In this document: positions 13,066 through 23,083 of the stretch, piece after piece
How positions within the stretch are numbered: the stretch's first letter is position 1
Layout of the letters: the number at the start of each line of letters is the position of its first letter
Assembly (NCBI GenBank): GCA_937930175.1
Contig: CALGLP010000004.1
Span: forward strand, 2,163 to 66,162
DNA: 64,000 nt
Source: an uncultured bacterium
GTDB taxonomy: Bacteria > Omnitrophota > Gorgyraeia > Zapsychrales > Aceulaceae
Direction: 5' to 3'
The notes under the pieces: generated by a model
Seen by the model: only the letters and a program-made list of their open reading frames with translations
What the model was told of the DNA's origin: nothing
Databases searched by the model: none
Position numbers and translations under genes: made by a program

Positions 13066-13340
13066 GGCGCGATAGCCAAGTGGGCCAGCTTTTCTTGAAA
13101 ACAATTAAGGAAGCTGGCATTCCGTTTCCGCTAAAAGTTTGGAGAAACGGAATAAGGTAGGACCCATAGTTCTTTGGAAAAATGTGTTTAAGCGCTCGAA
13201 ACAAGGTTTAGTCTTGGTGCGATAGCCAAGTGGTGCCGATGTTTTCGTGAAACAGTAAAAGCATCGGCGCTCAACTTCCTCTAGAAATTTAAGGAATGTT
13301 GAGCGAGGCAGCATCCTTGTTCTTTTGGAGATGTTTGTCG
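13066..13340 (+). repeat. Two tRNA-like degenerate elements (start GGCGCGATAGCCAAGTGG and GGTGCGATAGCCAAGTGG), each followed by two stem-loops
   Basis: Share the acceptor and D-arm motif of the downstream tRNA-Cys but lack a canonical T-arm. Confidence 0.3.
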
Positions 13341-13362
13341 TTCGTTTTAAAAGGTTTTTGCT

Positions 13363-13434
<72 letters not shown>

Positions 13435-13457
13435 TTAGTTTTTAAAACGAACGACAA

Positions 13458-13502
13458 AAGGTCTGCAAAACCTTTATCCGTCGGTTCGATTCCGACTCGC
13501 GC
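13458..13502 (+). repeat. Partial duplicate of the tRNA-Cys 3' half
   Basis: GGTCTGCAAAACCTTTATCCGTCGGTTCGATTCCGAC repeats the anticodon-to-T-arm portion 24 nt after the intact gene; inverted repeats GTCGTTCGTTTTAAAA/TTTTAAAACGAACGAC flank the intact tRNA. Confidence 0.6.
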
Positions 13503-13678
13503 CTTAAATGTCCTCATAGCTTGTGCGACAAAACGGAGCGTAAGCTATTTGAGCGAACTTACTCCAAGCGATAGCGAGGAGTAAACGATAATCTATTTGT
13601 CTGAATTGACTCCGATGATTTCCGGAGCAAGTGATTTTAAGTGATTCCGTTAAAAGCGGAGTTCAGTATTCTTTGGGC

Positions 13679-13696
13679 GGGCAAGTGGTGGAATGG
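13679..13696 (+). repeat. Partial duplicate of the tRNA-Leu 5' end (18-nt identity)
   Basis: GGGCAAGTGGTGGAATGG identical to 13829-13846. Confidence 0.5.
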
Positions 13697-13828
13697 TCCG
13701 ACTTCGTTCAAAAATATTCATGTTTGAACTACGTTGGACACATGGCTTTGGTGGCGCAGCGTGGCGAAGCTAAGCGCATACGTAATTTGGCAAAGACGGG
13801 CGAAAGCCCGGCGAAGTTTTACGAAGAC

Positions 13829-13911
13829 GGGCAAGTGGTGGAATGGCATACACGCAGGACTTAAAATCCTGTGGCTGAAAGGCTGTGAGGGTTCGACTCC
13901 CTCCTTGCCCA
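13829..13911 (+). tRNA. tRNA-Leu (TAA)
   Basis: Acceptor GGGCAAG/CTTGCCC, anticodon loop CTTAAAA, long variable arm, T-arm GAGGGTTCGACTCCCTC. Confidence 0.8.
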
Positions 13912-14196
13912 TAAAAATTCTGTTAGCAGAATTTTTATGGAGCAATTGAGCAATAGAGAAGCGAGCAATAGATATGCAACGGCCCAATTGCGATCAATTT
14001 TCAATTGTCGATTTTTGAAGTTTTCTTTTTTGATCTTTTAAGCTTAAATTATTTTTTGTGAGCTTATAGCTCTCCGACGTTTTGATTGATAACTAGAAGT
14101 CGGAGTCCCGATCCCTGCAAAGCAGGGCGTCGGGACAGTTTTCAGCTCAAGGCGTAATGGAGATAAAGCTGTATTAGCATAGAACAAAGCAGGTGT

Positions 14197-14273
14197 GGGC
14201 TTATAGCTCAGTTGGTTAGAGCGCTTCCTTGACATGGAAGAGGTCTGAGGTTCGAGTCCTCATAGGCCCACCA
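14197..14273 (+). tRNA. tRNA-Val (GAC)
   Basis: GGGCTTATAGCTCAGTTGGTTAGAGC...anticodon loop TTGACAT...GGTTCGAGTCC...CCA encoded. Confidence 0.85.
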
Positions 14274-14491
14274 GTTTTTAAATGAGTCCGCGATTTATGG
14301 AGCTTAAGCGACATAAATCGTATGGACGAATTTATTCCGCTTACCTGAGCGCAAGTGAAGGAAGCGGAGCTAAAAATACAGGGAATAAAGAATGGAAATC
14401 TCGCAGTCGTCCGTCAAAGAATTATTGGCGGACTCCTTGGGATAAATTCGGTTGGACGATTTGCGTTCCTCACTTCGTTCGTCTGTAAAAC

Positions 14492-16234
14492 GTGACCTCA
14501 TTTATGGATCAAAATTATTTAGATACTTTACGACATAGCTGTTCGCACATCATGGCCCAGGCTGTTAAAGAATTATGGCCTGAGGTCAAGGTGGCAATCG
14601 GTCCTTCGATTGAAAACGGATTTTATTATGATTTTGATAAAAAAGAGCCGTTTACTCCCGACGATCTCAAGGCCATCACCAAGCGTATGCGACAGATCAT
14701 TGAAAAAAAGCCTGAATTTAAACAGAGCCTTATGCCCAAAGACAAGGCCTTGGCTTTTTTTAAAGAACGCAATGAAAACTATAAAGTTGAAATCATTGAA
14801 GCGCTTTCGGATGAAAATGTTTCGATGTATCAAACAGGCGAAGGCTTTGTTGATTTATGCAAAGGTCCTCATGTTAAGCATGCTGGGGAGATCAAGGCCT
14901 TTGCGCTGTTGTCTACGGCTGGCGCATATTGGCGCGGGGATGAAAAGAACGCCATGCTCCAGCGCATTTATGGAACCTGTTTCCCGTCGGAAAAAGAACT
15001 TAAAGAGCATTTAAAGCTTTTAGAAGAAGCCCAAAAACGAGATCACCGCAAGCTTGGACCTCAACTTGATTTGTTTAATTTTTACCAGGATGAAGCTGGT
15101 GCCGGGCTTATTTTTTATCACCCCAATGGCGCCATGGTGCGCAGAATCATTGAAGACTACATCAAGGATGAAAACTTAAAGCGTGGTTATGAGCTTGTGA
15201 TGACACCGCATATGCTGAAGGGAAAACTTTGGGAAATTTCTGGGCACGCAGATCATTACCGAGAGAACATGTATTATTTTAAGGTCGATAGCGAAGAATA
15301 TGCGGTGAAGCCCATGAACTGTCCAGGGCACATTTTGATTTATAAGTCACGAATACACTCTTATCGCGAAATGCCGGTACGTTATTTTGAGTTGGGGACG
15401 GTTTATCGACAAGAGAAAGCCGGTGTGTTGCATGGACTTTTGCGTGTGCGTGGATTTACACAAGACGATGGACATATTTTCTGCCGCGAAGACCAAATTT
15501 GTGAGGAAGTCAAGAATGCTATTGATTTTGTCTTTGCCGTGATGAAAGATTTTGGATTTGAAAAAGCTGAAATTGAATTGAGTACGCAACCCGCCAAGTT
15601 TATCGGCTCCCAAGAAAACTGGGACACGGCGACGAAGGCTCTAGAGGATTCGCTCAAGGAAAAAAATATTGCGTATAAAATTAACCTTGGCGACGGTGCT
15701 TTTTATGGCCCCAAAATTGATATCAAGCTTAAAGATGCTCTTGGTCGTCTTTGGCAGTGTGCGACAATCCAATGCGATTTTGCCTTGCCAGAGCGTTTTC
15801 AAATGACCTATGTCAGCGAAGACGGCAAAGAGAAGCGACCGATCATGATTCATCGCGCGATTTTAGGAAGCTTTGAGCGATTTTTTGGTACGCTCGTTGA
15901 GCATTATGCCGGAGCTTTTCCTCTGTGGCTTGCGCCAGTTCAGATTTTGTTGATCCCTATTCGTGAAGAGCAGGTTCATTTTACAAAAGAAGTAAAAGAC
16001 ATTTTACAAAATCAAGGGTTTCGGGTTATAATGGACGCACGCAACGAGACCTTGGATAAACGGATTCGCGAAGGATCGTTAAAGAAAATCCCATACCTTG
16101 TGATTATTGGTGAAAAAGAAATGACACAGCGTACAGTGGCCCTTCGCAAGCGAGGCGTAGGCGATGGGGGTGTTTTATCTATCGACGATTTTGTTAAGCA
16201 ACTTCAACAAGAACAACACGATAAAACAGCATAA
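14492..16234 (+). CDS. thrS: Threonyl-tRNA synthetase (short form lacking the N-terminal TGS domain)
   Basis: 580 aa beginning at the editing-domain-like region; class II core. Confidence 0.9.
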   Translation: MTSFMDQNYLDTLRHSCSHIMAQAVKELWPEVKVAIGPSIENGFYYDFDKKEPFTPDDLKAITKRMRQIIEKKPEFKQSLMPKDKALAFFKERNENYKVEIIEALSDENVSMYQTGEGFVDLCKGPHVKHAGEIKAFALLSTAGAYWRGDEKNAMLQRIYGTCFPSEKELKEHLKLLEEAQKRDHRKLGPQLDLFNFYQDEAGAGLIFYHPNGAMVRRIIEDYIKDENLKRGYELVMTPHMLKGKLWEISGHADHYRENMYYFKVDSEEYAVKPMNCPGHILIYKSRIHSYREMPVRYFELGTVYRQEKAGVLHGLLRVRGFTQDDGHIFCREDQICEEVKNAIDFVFAVMKDFGFEKAEIELSTQPAKFIGSQENWDTATKALEDSLKEKNIAYKINLGDGAFYGPKIDIKLKDALGRLWQCATIQCDFALPERFQMTYVSEDGKEKRPIMIHRAILGSFERFFGTLVEHYAGAFPLWLAPVQILLIPIREEQVHFTKEVKDILQNQGFRVIMDARNETLDKRIREGSLKKIPYLVIIGEKEMTQRTVALRKRGVGDGGVLSIDDFVKQLQQEQHDKTA

Positions 16235-16249
16235 CACAATCAGAAAGGG

Positions 16250-16795
16250 GTGGTTTGTATTAATAAGTATATTCGCATCAATGAGTACATTCGAGTTCCT
16301 GAGGTTCGCGTGATTGGGCCTAATTCAGAACAGCTGGGGGTTTTGATGGTCAGACGCGCGGTGGAGCTTGCGAAAGAACACGGTTTAGATTTAGTGGAAG
16401 TGGCGCCTATGGCCAAGCCGCCGGTTTGTCGCATCATTGATTTTAGTAAATACAAATATGAACAAGAAAAGAAAGAGCGTAAAAGTAAGAAAAGCCAGCA
16501 TGTGACACGCTTAAAAGAAATTCGCGTTAAGCCCCATATTGATGAGCACGATTATCAAGTGAAGCTCAAGCAATCGGCTTCCTTTTTAGATAAGCATGAC
16601 AAGGTCAAGATCAATTTGTTTTTTCGTGGACGAGAAATGGCCTTTAAAAGCCAAGGACGGCAAGTGCTTGACCGATTTGTTGTTGACCTAGCTGAGCACG
16701 GACAGCTTGAAAAAGATTTAGGGGTGGAAGGGCGCGTGATGTCGATTGTCATGGCTCCAAAATCTGCTAAAAAACAAGAACTACCAAAAGGATAA
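16250..16795 (+). CDS. infC: Translation initiation factor IF-3
   Basis: 181 aa; [14 protein letters not shown]; non-ATG start likely. Confidence 0.85.
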   Translation: MVCINKYIRINEYIRVPEVRVIGPNSEQLGVLMVRRAVELAKEHGLDLVEVAPMAKPPVCRIIDFSKYKYEQEKKERKSKKSQHVTRLKEIRVKPHIDEHDYQVKLKQSASFLDKHDKVKINLFFRGREMAFKSQGRQVLDRFVVDLAEHGQLEKDLGVEGRVMSIVMAPKSAKKQELPKG

Positions 16796-16800
16796 TTCTA

Positions 16801-16997
16801 TGCCAAAGCTTAAAACAAACCGGTCCGCGCGAAAAAGATTTCGCATCACAAAATCCGGAAGACTTAAGAAACGAAGCGCCAATCGTGGCCATATGTTAGG
16901 AAAAAAGTCACGTAAGCGTAAACGCCAACTGCGCCATAGCACCTATACCACAGGAGCTGACGCTAAGAAGATCAGGAAAATTTTACCATACGGGTAA
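16801..16997 (+). CDS. rpmI: 50S ribosomal protein L35
   Basis: [20 protein letters not shown]...; start at ATG 16801. Confidence 0.85.
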
Positions 16998-17036
16998 AAA
17001 CAAAGATCATCAAGGAAGTAAGGAGGATGTTGTTCC

Positions 17037-17396
17037 ATGACACGAGTATCTCATGCGGTTGCGTCACGCCGACGAAAAAAAAGAGTTTTAAAACTTGCCA
17101 AGGGGCAGTTTGGGCACCGTAGCAAGCGGTATCAACAAGCGGATCGTTCTGTTCGTAAAGGACAGAAGTATTCTTATCGCGATCGCAAGGTTAAAAAACG
17201 CGAATTTCGCAATCTCTGGGTTACGCGCATCAATGCGGCTTGCCGCGAGGCAGAGATGACCTATAGCCGTTTTATCAGCGGCCTCAAGAAAGCCAAGATT
17301 GACATGAATCGTCAAATGTTATCTGAGCTTGCAGTGAGATCACCCGTAGCTTTTAAGAAGCTTGTGGATATCGCGAAAAAAGCAAATAGTAAGTAG
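17037..17396 (+). CDS. rplT: 50S ribosomal protein L20
   Basis: 119 aa L20 sequence. Confidence 0.9.
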   Translation: MTRVSHAVASRRRKKRVLKLAKGQFGHRSKRYQQADRSVRKGQKYSYRDRKVKKREFRNLWVTRINAACREAEMTYSRFISGLKKAKIDMNRQMLSELAVRSPVAFKKLVDIAKKANSK

Positions 17397-17435
17397 TTGT
17401 TTACAGTAGCGAATAATTAATAAAGAGAAAAAAAG

Positions 17436-17473
17436 AAAGGTGCGCCTGTTGGTATGACAACAGGCGCACCTTT
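17436..17473 (+). terminator. Hairpin AAAGGTGCGCCTGTTG-loop-CAACAGGCGCACCTTT after rplT
   Basis: 13-bp GC-rich stem; same stem sequence as the hairpin at 18758. Confidence 0.45.
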
Positions 17474-17586
17474 CTTATCTTGTTATTTTGTTTTGTGTCC
17501 CCGCTTTTGGTGAATATAACCCTACCTTGTCAATCTTTTTTTCTATGCTATCCTTATCTTAGGATACAGGTAAAAAAGGAGGAAAA

Positions 17587-18714
17587 ATGTTATTTCGAGG
17601 TTTATTAAAAAGTATGCTACGGCTGTGGTTGTTGGGGCTTTTTATTTTAAGTGTATGTCCTATTGTTTTAGCAAATACTCTTTTTGTGCCTAGCCAATAT
17701 GCGCAAATTCAGCAAGCGATTGATGTCGCGCAGGCCGGGGATACCGTTTTCGTAGAGGCAGGGGTCTACGATATTCTGGACAGCATTCACATGAAAGAAA
17801 AAGTTAACTTGGTCGGCGCTGGCAGTCAGGTTACTGTTTTAAATGGCATCGATGAGATGGAGGTTCTTGTTTATGGGGCGAGTCATAGCCTGCTCTCAGG
17901 ATTTAAGCTTAAAAAAGAAATTGCTTCAACTGGAGTGCCCACGTATGGCGTGGCCGTTTATCTTGACAATGTCCGGCAGATGGTGATTAAGGATAATGGT
18001 GTGGTCGGGCATATGGATATCGGCATCTATTTAAAATCTAGCCATTATAATGTTCTTGAAAACAATATTGTCAAATCCATCGAGGATGACAAGGTGATTA
18101 GCCATGCCCTTTCACTGAATGCCTCTTCTTATAACTACATTCTTGATAATTCTGTCGATGGGTTTTGGGCGGGAATTTTTTCCTATTATGGAAAGAATAA
18201 TAAAATAGAACACAATTTTGTGCGCAAGGTCGAATTCCTCTATGGGCAGTCAACAGGGGGAGCCATCCATCTTTTTACCGAGAAAGATACAACGCTATTA
18301 CATAACACATGCTTGAGCATGACGCAGAACGTGACTCCGGGAGGAGGCTTAACGCTAGAGTATCCTCTTAATGTTCAGGTTAATAATTGTTTAATTTATG
18401 GAAAAAAACATGGGCTTTATGTTTCGGGAGACCTACCGGCAGCAGTTTCGATTCAATATAGCGATATTAAAGGTGAGGAGCAAGATGTTGTGTTGAGTGG
18501 AAGCATTAATCCTGTTTACGGCAGCGGCGTTTTGTTTCTTCCGCCTAAGGTGAATTTGGGGAGTGGAGCGCTTTATGCCAACTCGCCTTGCCGCAACGCA
18601 GGGGACCCAGGAACGCCTCATGATCCTGATGGATCAATAGCGGATATAGGGGCTTTTTATTATGTTCTTCCGAGCAGTCCTCCTGTGCCTAATATTCGGC
18701 GTGATAACAAGTAG
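17587..18714 (+). CDS. Secreted right-handed parallel beta-helix repeat protein
   Basis: 375 aa; signal peptide; repeated beta-helix-like segments; inserted between rplT and pheS. Confidence 0.5.
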   Translation: MLFRGLLKSMLRLWLLGLFILSVCPIVLANTLFVPSQYAQIQQAIDVAQAGDTVFVEAGVYDILDSIHMKEKVNLVGAGSQVTVLNGIDEMEVLVYGASHSLLSGFKLKKEIASTGVPTYGVAVYLDNVRQMVIKDNGVVGHMDIGIYLKSSHYNVLENNIVKSIEDDKVISHALSLNASSYNYILDNSVDGFWAGIFSYYGKNNKIEHNFVRKVEFLYGQSTGGAIHLFTEKDTTLLHNTCLSMTQNVTPGGGLTLEYPLNVQVNNCLIYGKKHGLYVSGDLPAAVSIQYSDIKGEEQDVVLSGSINPVYGSGVLFLPPKVNLGSGALYANSPCRNAGDPGTPHDPDGSIADIGAFYYVLPSSPPVPNIRRDNK

Positions 18715-18757
18715 AGGTATTTTTTAGGGATAAGTATTTGGGATTGATATGTTTTTT

Positions 18758-18797
18758 GGTGCGCCTGTTGTTGTGACAACAGGCGCACTTCTTTTTT
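18758..18797 (+). terminator. Rho-independent terminator GGTGCGCCTGTTG-loop-CAACAGGCGCAC followed by a T-run
   Basis: Near-identical stem to 17436-17473, plus TTCTTTTTT. Confidence 0.6.
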
Positions 18798-18903
18798 AGT
18801 AAGATTATTAGGATTTTCGAAATGCTTTAGAAAAGATAGTTTTTTATTTCTTTTCTAGTATAATAAGCATAAGTTATTTTTATTAATATATTGCTTAGTC
18901 ACT

Positions 18904-19950
18904 ATGTCCTCTTGGAATTTTAACGAACTTACGTTAACCGCAGAACAAGAAATTCAATCTGTTGTTGATATTGAAGCCCTTGAGCTTTTGCGCGTCAAAT
19001 ACCTTGGCCGCAAAGGACTTGTAGCTCAGATCTATGATGGCTTGGCCCAAGCTTCACCTGAAGAAAAACCGTTGATTGGCAAGGGCGCCAACGAATTACG
19101 TAAGAAAGTCACTGAGCTTCTGGAATCAAAGCGCGTAACCCTTGTAGAGGGGAATCTTTCTCTACAAAGCTCCGCAGACACCCTTGATTTAACTCTGCCT
19201 GGCGTTGCCCCAGAGCTTGGTCGACGACATATTTTATCGCAAACGATCAATGATATCTGCAGCATTTTTGAACATTTAGGCTTTGCAGTTTTTGAAGGCC
19301 CGGAAATTGAAACTGAGTTTAATAATTTTACCGCGCTTAATATTCCCTTGGATCACCCTTCGCGTGATGCCTTTGATACATTTTATCTTAAAGAAAAAGA
19401 TCCTCAAAGTCCTGCGCGCCATTTGCTGTTGCGCAGCCATACGTCGCCGGCACAGATTCGCGTAATGCAAGCGCATAAGCCACCCTTGGCCGTGATTGTT
19501 CCAGGCAAGGTGTATCGACCTGATGCTATGGACGCGAGCCATTCCTACATGTTTCACCAAATTGAAGGACTCGTGATCGACGAGAACATTACATTTGCAG
19601 ATCTTAAGGGATTTCTGACTAATTTCTGTAAGAAATTTTTTGGCCCGGACATCAAGATGCGTTTTCGTCCGCATTTTTTCCCTTTTACAGAACCATCAGC
19701 TGAGGTCGATATTTCGTGTTATATTTGTGGTGGGCGGGGTTGTTCGGTGTGCGGTCGTAAAGGGTGGCTTGAGATCTTAGGTTGCGGCATGGTCCACCCG
19801 AAGGTGTTTGAGGCCGTAAAATATCCTAAGGGTCAATATGCCGGCCTGGCCTTTGGTATGGGTGTTGAACGCATTGCAATGCTTAAGCACGGCATCAACG
19901 ACATTCGCTTGTTCTATGAAAATGATTTAAGGTTTTTGAAACAGTTTTAA
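18904..19950 (+). CDS. pheS: Phenylalanyl-tRNA synthetase alpha subunit
   Basis: 348 aa; class II motifs. Confidence 0.9.
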   Translation: MSSWNFNELTLTAEQEIQSVVDIEALELLRVKYLGRKGLVAQIYDGLAQASPEEKPLIGKGANELRKKVTELLESKRVTLVEGNLSLQSSADTLDLTLPGVAPELGRRHILSQTINDICSIFEHLGFAVFEGPEIETEFNNFTALNIPLDHPSRDAFDTFYLKEKDPQSPARHLLLRSHTSPAQIRVMQAHKPPLAVIVPGKVYRPDAMDASHSYMFHQIEGLVIDENITFADLKGFLTNFCKKFFGPDIKMRFRPHFFPFTEPSAEVDISCYICGGRGCSVCGRKGWLEILGCGMVHPKVFEAVKYPKGQYAGLAFGMGVERIAMLKHGINDIRLFYENDLRFLKQF

Positions 19951-19971
19951 TGAAGGAAAGGAAAAGAAGGA

Positions 19972-21492
19972 ATGAAAAAAATCGTTTTTGGGATATTGTT
20001 TGGTGTTTGTTTTTGTTCTTTGACTTTTGCCGAGAGCTTGACGCTTACCACTTATTATCCAGCACCGTTTGGAATGTATAAAGAGATGCGGGTGATGGGG
20101 AAGTTGGGGGTTGGGATAACAGATCCAACACATAAGGTAGAGATTGTGCCAGATGCTGGTCAAGGAGCCCTTGTTACTGGAACAGGAAACACTGCGTCAG
20201 ATGGTTCCTCTGCTTTTGGCACAGGAAATTCAGTGAGTGGAACCAAATCTCTTGCTTCAGGAACTGGCAATACCGTTTCAGGGAATACATCTTTTGCTTC
20301 AGGAACCGGTAATACCGTCTCTAGTGCAACATCTTTTGCTTCAGGAGCTTCTAACACTGTTTCAGGAATTCAGGCTTTTGCTTCTGGGACAGGAAATGAT
20401 GTTTCTGGAGCTTTATCCTTTGCTTCCGGTGTATCCAACATTATCTCCGCAACAGGAAGTCAGTCTGCCGCCTTTGGCTGGGAAAATAACATAACGAAGC
20501 CTTCGAGCTTTGCCACAGGTTACGGCAATACGGTTAGCAGTCAGCAGTCTTTTGCTGGGGGTGAGCATGTAACAGCGCAAGCTGCAAATTCTTTTGTTTT
20601 TGGAAGATACAATGTTGTTTCTGGGAGTCCTGTGAGCTGGGTTCCAACCGAGCCTTTGTTTGTTCTTGGAAATGGAACAAGCGCCACTCCGTCTAACGCC
20701 ATGACTGTCTTAAAGAATGGTAAAGTTGGTGTTTCTACTGCGTTGCCGCAAGCAACTCTTCATGTTGGTGATGGCATAGGTATGCCACCTGTCGGATCTG
20801 CTGAAGCGTTGACTTTAATAGGAACGGTGGCGAATCAACCAGCCTTAATTGCTGTTTCTAGGCCTACAAGCGATCCTGATCCTGCGAGCATAGCAACAGG
20901 ACGCATGGCTGTTTATGCTGCAGGGCTTGACTATGGCATTTATTCTGCTCAAGGAGAAAATTATTTTGCAGATAGCGTAGGCATTGGAGCGCCATCGGGA
21001 ACACAAAAACTACATGTCTACAACGATACCTCTCCATACACCGCAACAATTACAAAGAATTCTGATAGCAATGGCGCTGCTTTGCAGATTTACTCTGGAA
21101 ATGGTGGAATGTCTTGGGTAGGGGGAAAAGCAGGCATATATATGAACAATGCCAACGGGCATTACGGCATTTTTCAGGCAACGAATTCTGGAGCGACAAA
21201 AAATTATTTTGGAGGCAACGTGGGCATCGGAGTTGTAGATCCCACGGTGTCTTTGGACGTTTCTGGTCAGGCGCGTATTCAAATTGCGGAAACTAATGGA
21301 TCATGTACGAGTGCGGCTGATGGAGGGAAACTAAATTTTACACCAGCAGTAACTTATATGTGTGGAGGGAGTTCATATACTACGTCAGTTTTGCGTCTTT
21401 GTTCCAGGGATCATGGTGGTACTTGGGCTTGGCGGCAGGTGCAAGGCGCGTGGTCTGGAGATCTTTGCGGATCGGCAGCTTTGCCGGATTAA
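19972..21492 (+). CDS. Secreted repeat protein with Hep_Hag/YadA-head-like 14-residue repeats (SFASGTGNTVSG) and VGIG motifs; paralog A
   Basis: 506 aa; signal peptide MKKIVFGILFGVCFCSLTFA; Gly/Ser/Thr-rich repeats. Confidence 0.5.
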   Translation: MKKIVFGILFGVCFCSLTFAESLTLTTYYPAPFGMYKEMRVMGKLGVGITDPTHKVEIVPDAGQGALVTGTGNTASDGSSAFGTGNSVSGTKSLASGTGNTVSGNTSFASGTGNTVSSATSFASGASNTVSGIQAFASGTGNDVSGALSFASGVSNIISATGSQSAAFGWENNITKPSSFATGYGNTVSSQQSFAGGEHVTAQAANSFVFGRYNVVSGSPVSWVPTEPLFVLGNGTSATPSNAMTVLKNGKVGVSTALPQATLHVGDGIGMPPVGSAEALTLIGTVANQPALIAVSRPTSDPDPASIATGRMAVYAAGLDYGIYSAQGENYFADSVGIGAPSGTQKLHVYNDTSPYTATITKNSDSNGAALQIYSGNGGMSWVGGKAGIYMNNANGHYGIFQATNSGATKNYFGGNVGIGVVDPTVSLDVSGQARIQIAETNGSCTSAADGGKLNFTPAVTYMCGGSSYTTSVLRLCSRDHGGTWAWRQVQGAWSGDLCGSAALPD

Positions 21493-21558
21493 AAGGATTC
21501 GTAAAAATTAAAGCTGTGCTATCGGTAATTTAATATTTTCTTAAAGGGAGGAAACGAA

Positions 21559-23046
21559 ATGAAAAAAATCTTTTTTGGGATATTGTTTAGTGTTTGTTTT
21601 TGTTCCCTGGCTTTTGCCGAGAGCTTAACGCTTACGACGTATTATCCAGCACCGTTTGGAATGTATAAAGAGATGCGTGTGATGGGGAAGTTGGGGGTTG
21701 GGACAACGGCGCCTGTAGCCAAAACTGAAATTGTAGCTTCTGGGGCAGAAGGAGCCCTTTTGGTTGGAACAGGAACAGTGACAAATTTATCCTCTGCTTT
21801 TGGTACAGCTAATACGGTGAGCGGAACTAAGTCTTTTGCTTCTGGAGCATCTCATAGCGTTACTGGCGATCAATCCGCTGCTTTTGGCTCAGCTAATCCG
21901 GTGGGAGGAGATAATTCTTTTGCGGCAGGAATAAATAATGATGTTTCTGGAGACAAATCTTTTGCTTCTGGAGAGTCCAATCTCGTGCCTGGGGCCAAGT
22001 CTTTTGCTGCTGGAAAATCAAATACAGCTTCCGGAGACCATGCTTTTGCTGCCGGGGAAGGCGTGACAGCGCAAGCTTACGATTCCTTTGTTTTTGGAAG
22101 GTGGAATATTATTGCAGGAACTTCAGACGCTTGGGTTGATGCTGACCCTTTGTTTGTTGTTGGAAACGGAAGAGATAATGCTGCCAACAGATCCAACGCT
22201 GTGACTGTCTTAAAGAATGGAAGCGTTGGGATCAACACTAGTGTTCCTGAGTATAGCATGAGCTATCTTGAAATCTTTGATGATGCGACTAATGGCGCAA
22301 ATGGCATGCAGATAACATCAGGGGCTTCTTCAGAGGATGATCCTAGAATTATCTTGAAGCGAAGGCATGGCATTCCAAACAATAATAATGATGGGTTTAG
22401 CATTGCCTATGATCGAAGCGCAGATTCGCTAGACACTTCTTATGTTAACGCTAATCTTACAGGAAATCCTCTTTTGACAATTAAACAAGCTGGCAACGTT
22501 GGCATAGGAACCACCGATCCTGCCTCTCGGCTTGATGTTGGCAACGGAACGATTACCCTGGGGTCTGGGAATATTTCTAATGCAGGAGATGCTGATCGAG
22601 GTATTTTTATTGATAGCGATGGTAATATTGGTCTAAACAAGACAGACCCGGACGTTCTTACTCATGTTGGAGCGTGCTCGGGAGGATCTTGCTGGGCCGA
22701 AGATGCAACGATTTTTAAAGTAGATGGGCGGGCTGACACAGGACATCTTGTTGTTGGGACCTATGCGGTTCCGCGAAATGCTTATGTTTACGGATATATT
22801 CGTCCTTCATGGTCTTCCGCTCCGTGTGATGTTGATCACATAGGTGCGATTCGAGTAGCACAATATGCAGCTGCAGGAAGTAATCGTTGCGCTTTAGAGG
22901 TTTGTTATCCTGGTCAATCGAAGTATTGGAATGGCATAGCGTGGACGGTTGTTCAGCCAACTAGCATGAGCTGGAAAGGAACATGTCATCTTATTGACGG
23001 AGGAGCAGTTGTACCTTATGAAACCACTCCTGCTATTACTGATTAA
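21559..23046 (+). CDS. Secreted repeat protein, paralog B (first ~48 aa nearly identical to paralog A, divergent C-terminus)
   Basis: 495 aa; 5' ~145 nt about 93% identical to the 19972 gene. Confidence 0.5.
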   Translation: MKKIFFGILFSVCFCSLAFAESLTLTTYYPAPFGMYKEMRVMGKLGVGTTAPVAKTEIVASGAEGALLVGTGTVTNLSSAFGTANTVSGTKSFASGASHSVTGDQSAAFGSANPVGGDNSFAAGINNDVSGDKSFASGESNLVPGAKSFAAGKSNTASGDHAFAAGEGVTAQAYDSFVFGRWNIIAGTSDAWVDADPLFVVGNGRDNAANRSNAVTVLKNGSVGINTSVPEYSMSYLEIFDDATNGANGMQITSGASSEDDPRIILKRRHGIPNNNNDGFSIAYDRSADSLDTSYVNANLTGNPLLTIKQAGNVGIGTTDPASRLDVGNGTITLGSGNISNAGDADRGIFIDSDGNIGLNKTDPDVLTHVGACSGGSCWAEDATIFKVDGRADTGHLVVGTYAVPRNAYVYGYIRPSWSSAPCDVDHIGAIRVAQYAAAGSNRCALEVCYPGQSKYWNGIAWTVVQPTSMSWKGTCHLIDGGAVVPYETTPAITD

Positions 23047-23083
23047 TTAGGCAGGATGAGTAGAAGAAAAATATTAATCTAGA

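Noticed and set aside
13066-13340. Calling the two GATAGCCAAGTGG-containing elements as tRNA genes with introns
   Set aside because: No canonical T-arm (GGTTCGA-type) or anticodon arm could be folded. They are retained only as tRNA-like repeats.
13631-13987. ORFs 13631-13864, 13718-13987 and 13734-13949
   Set aside because: They overlap tRNA-Leu (13829-13911) and its partial duplicate, and are better explained as tRNA sequence.
19972-23046. Calling the paralogous repeat proteins as phage tail fibres
   Set aside because: They are in the host operon far from the prophage and have Sec signal peptides. A secreted adhesin-like interpretation is simpler. VGIG motifs alone are not diagnostic.
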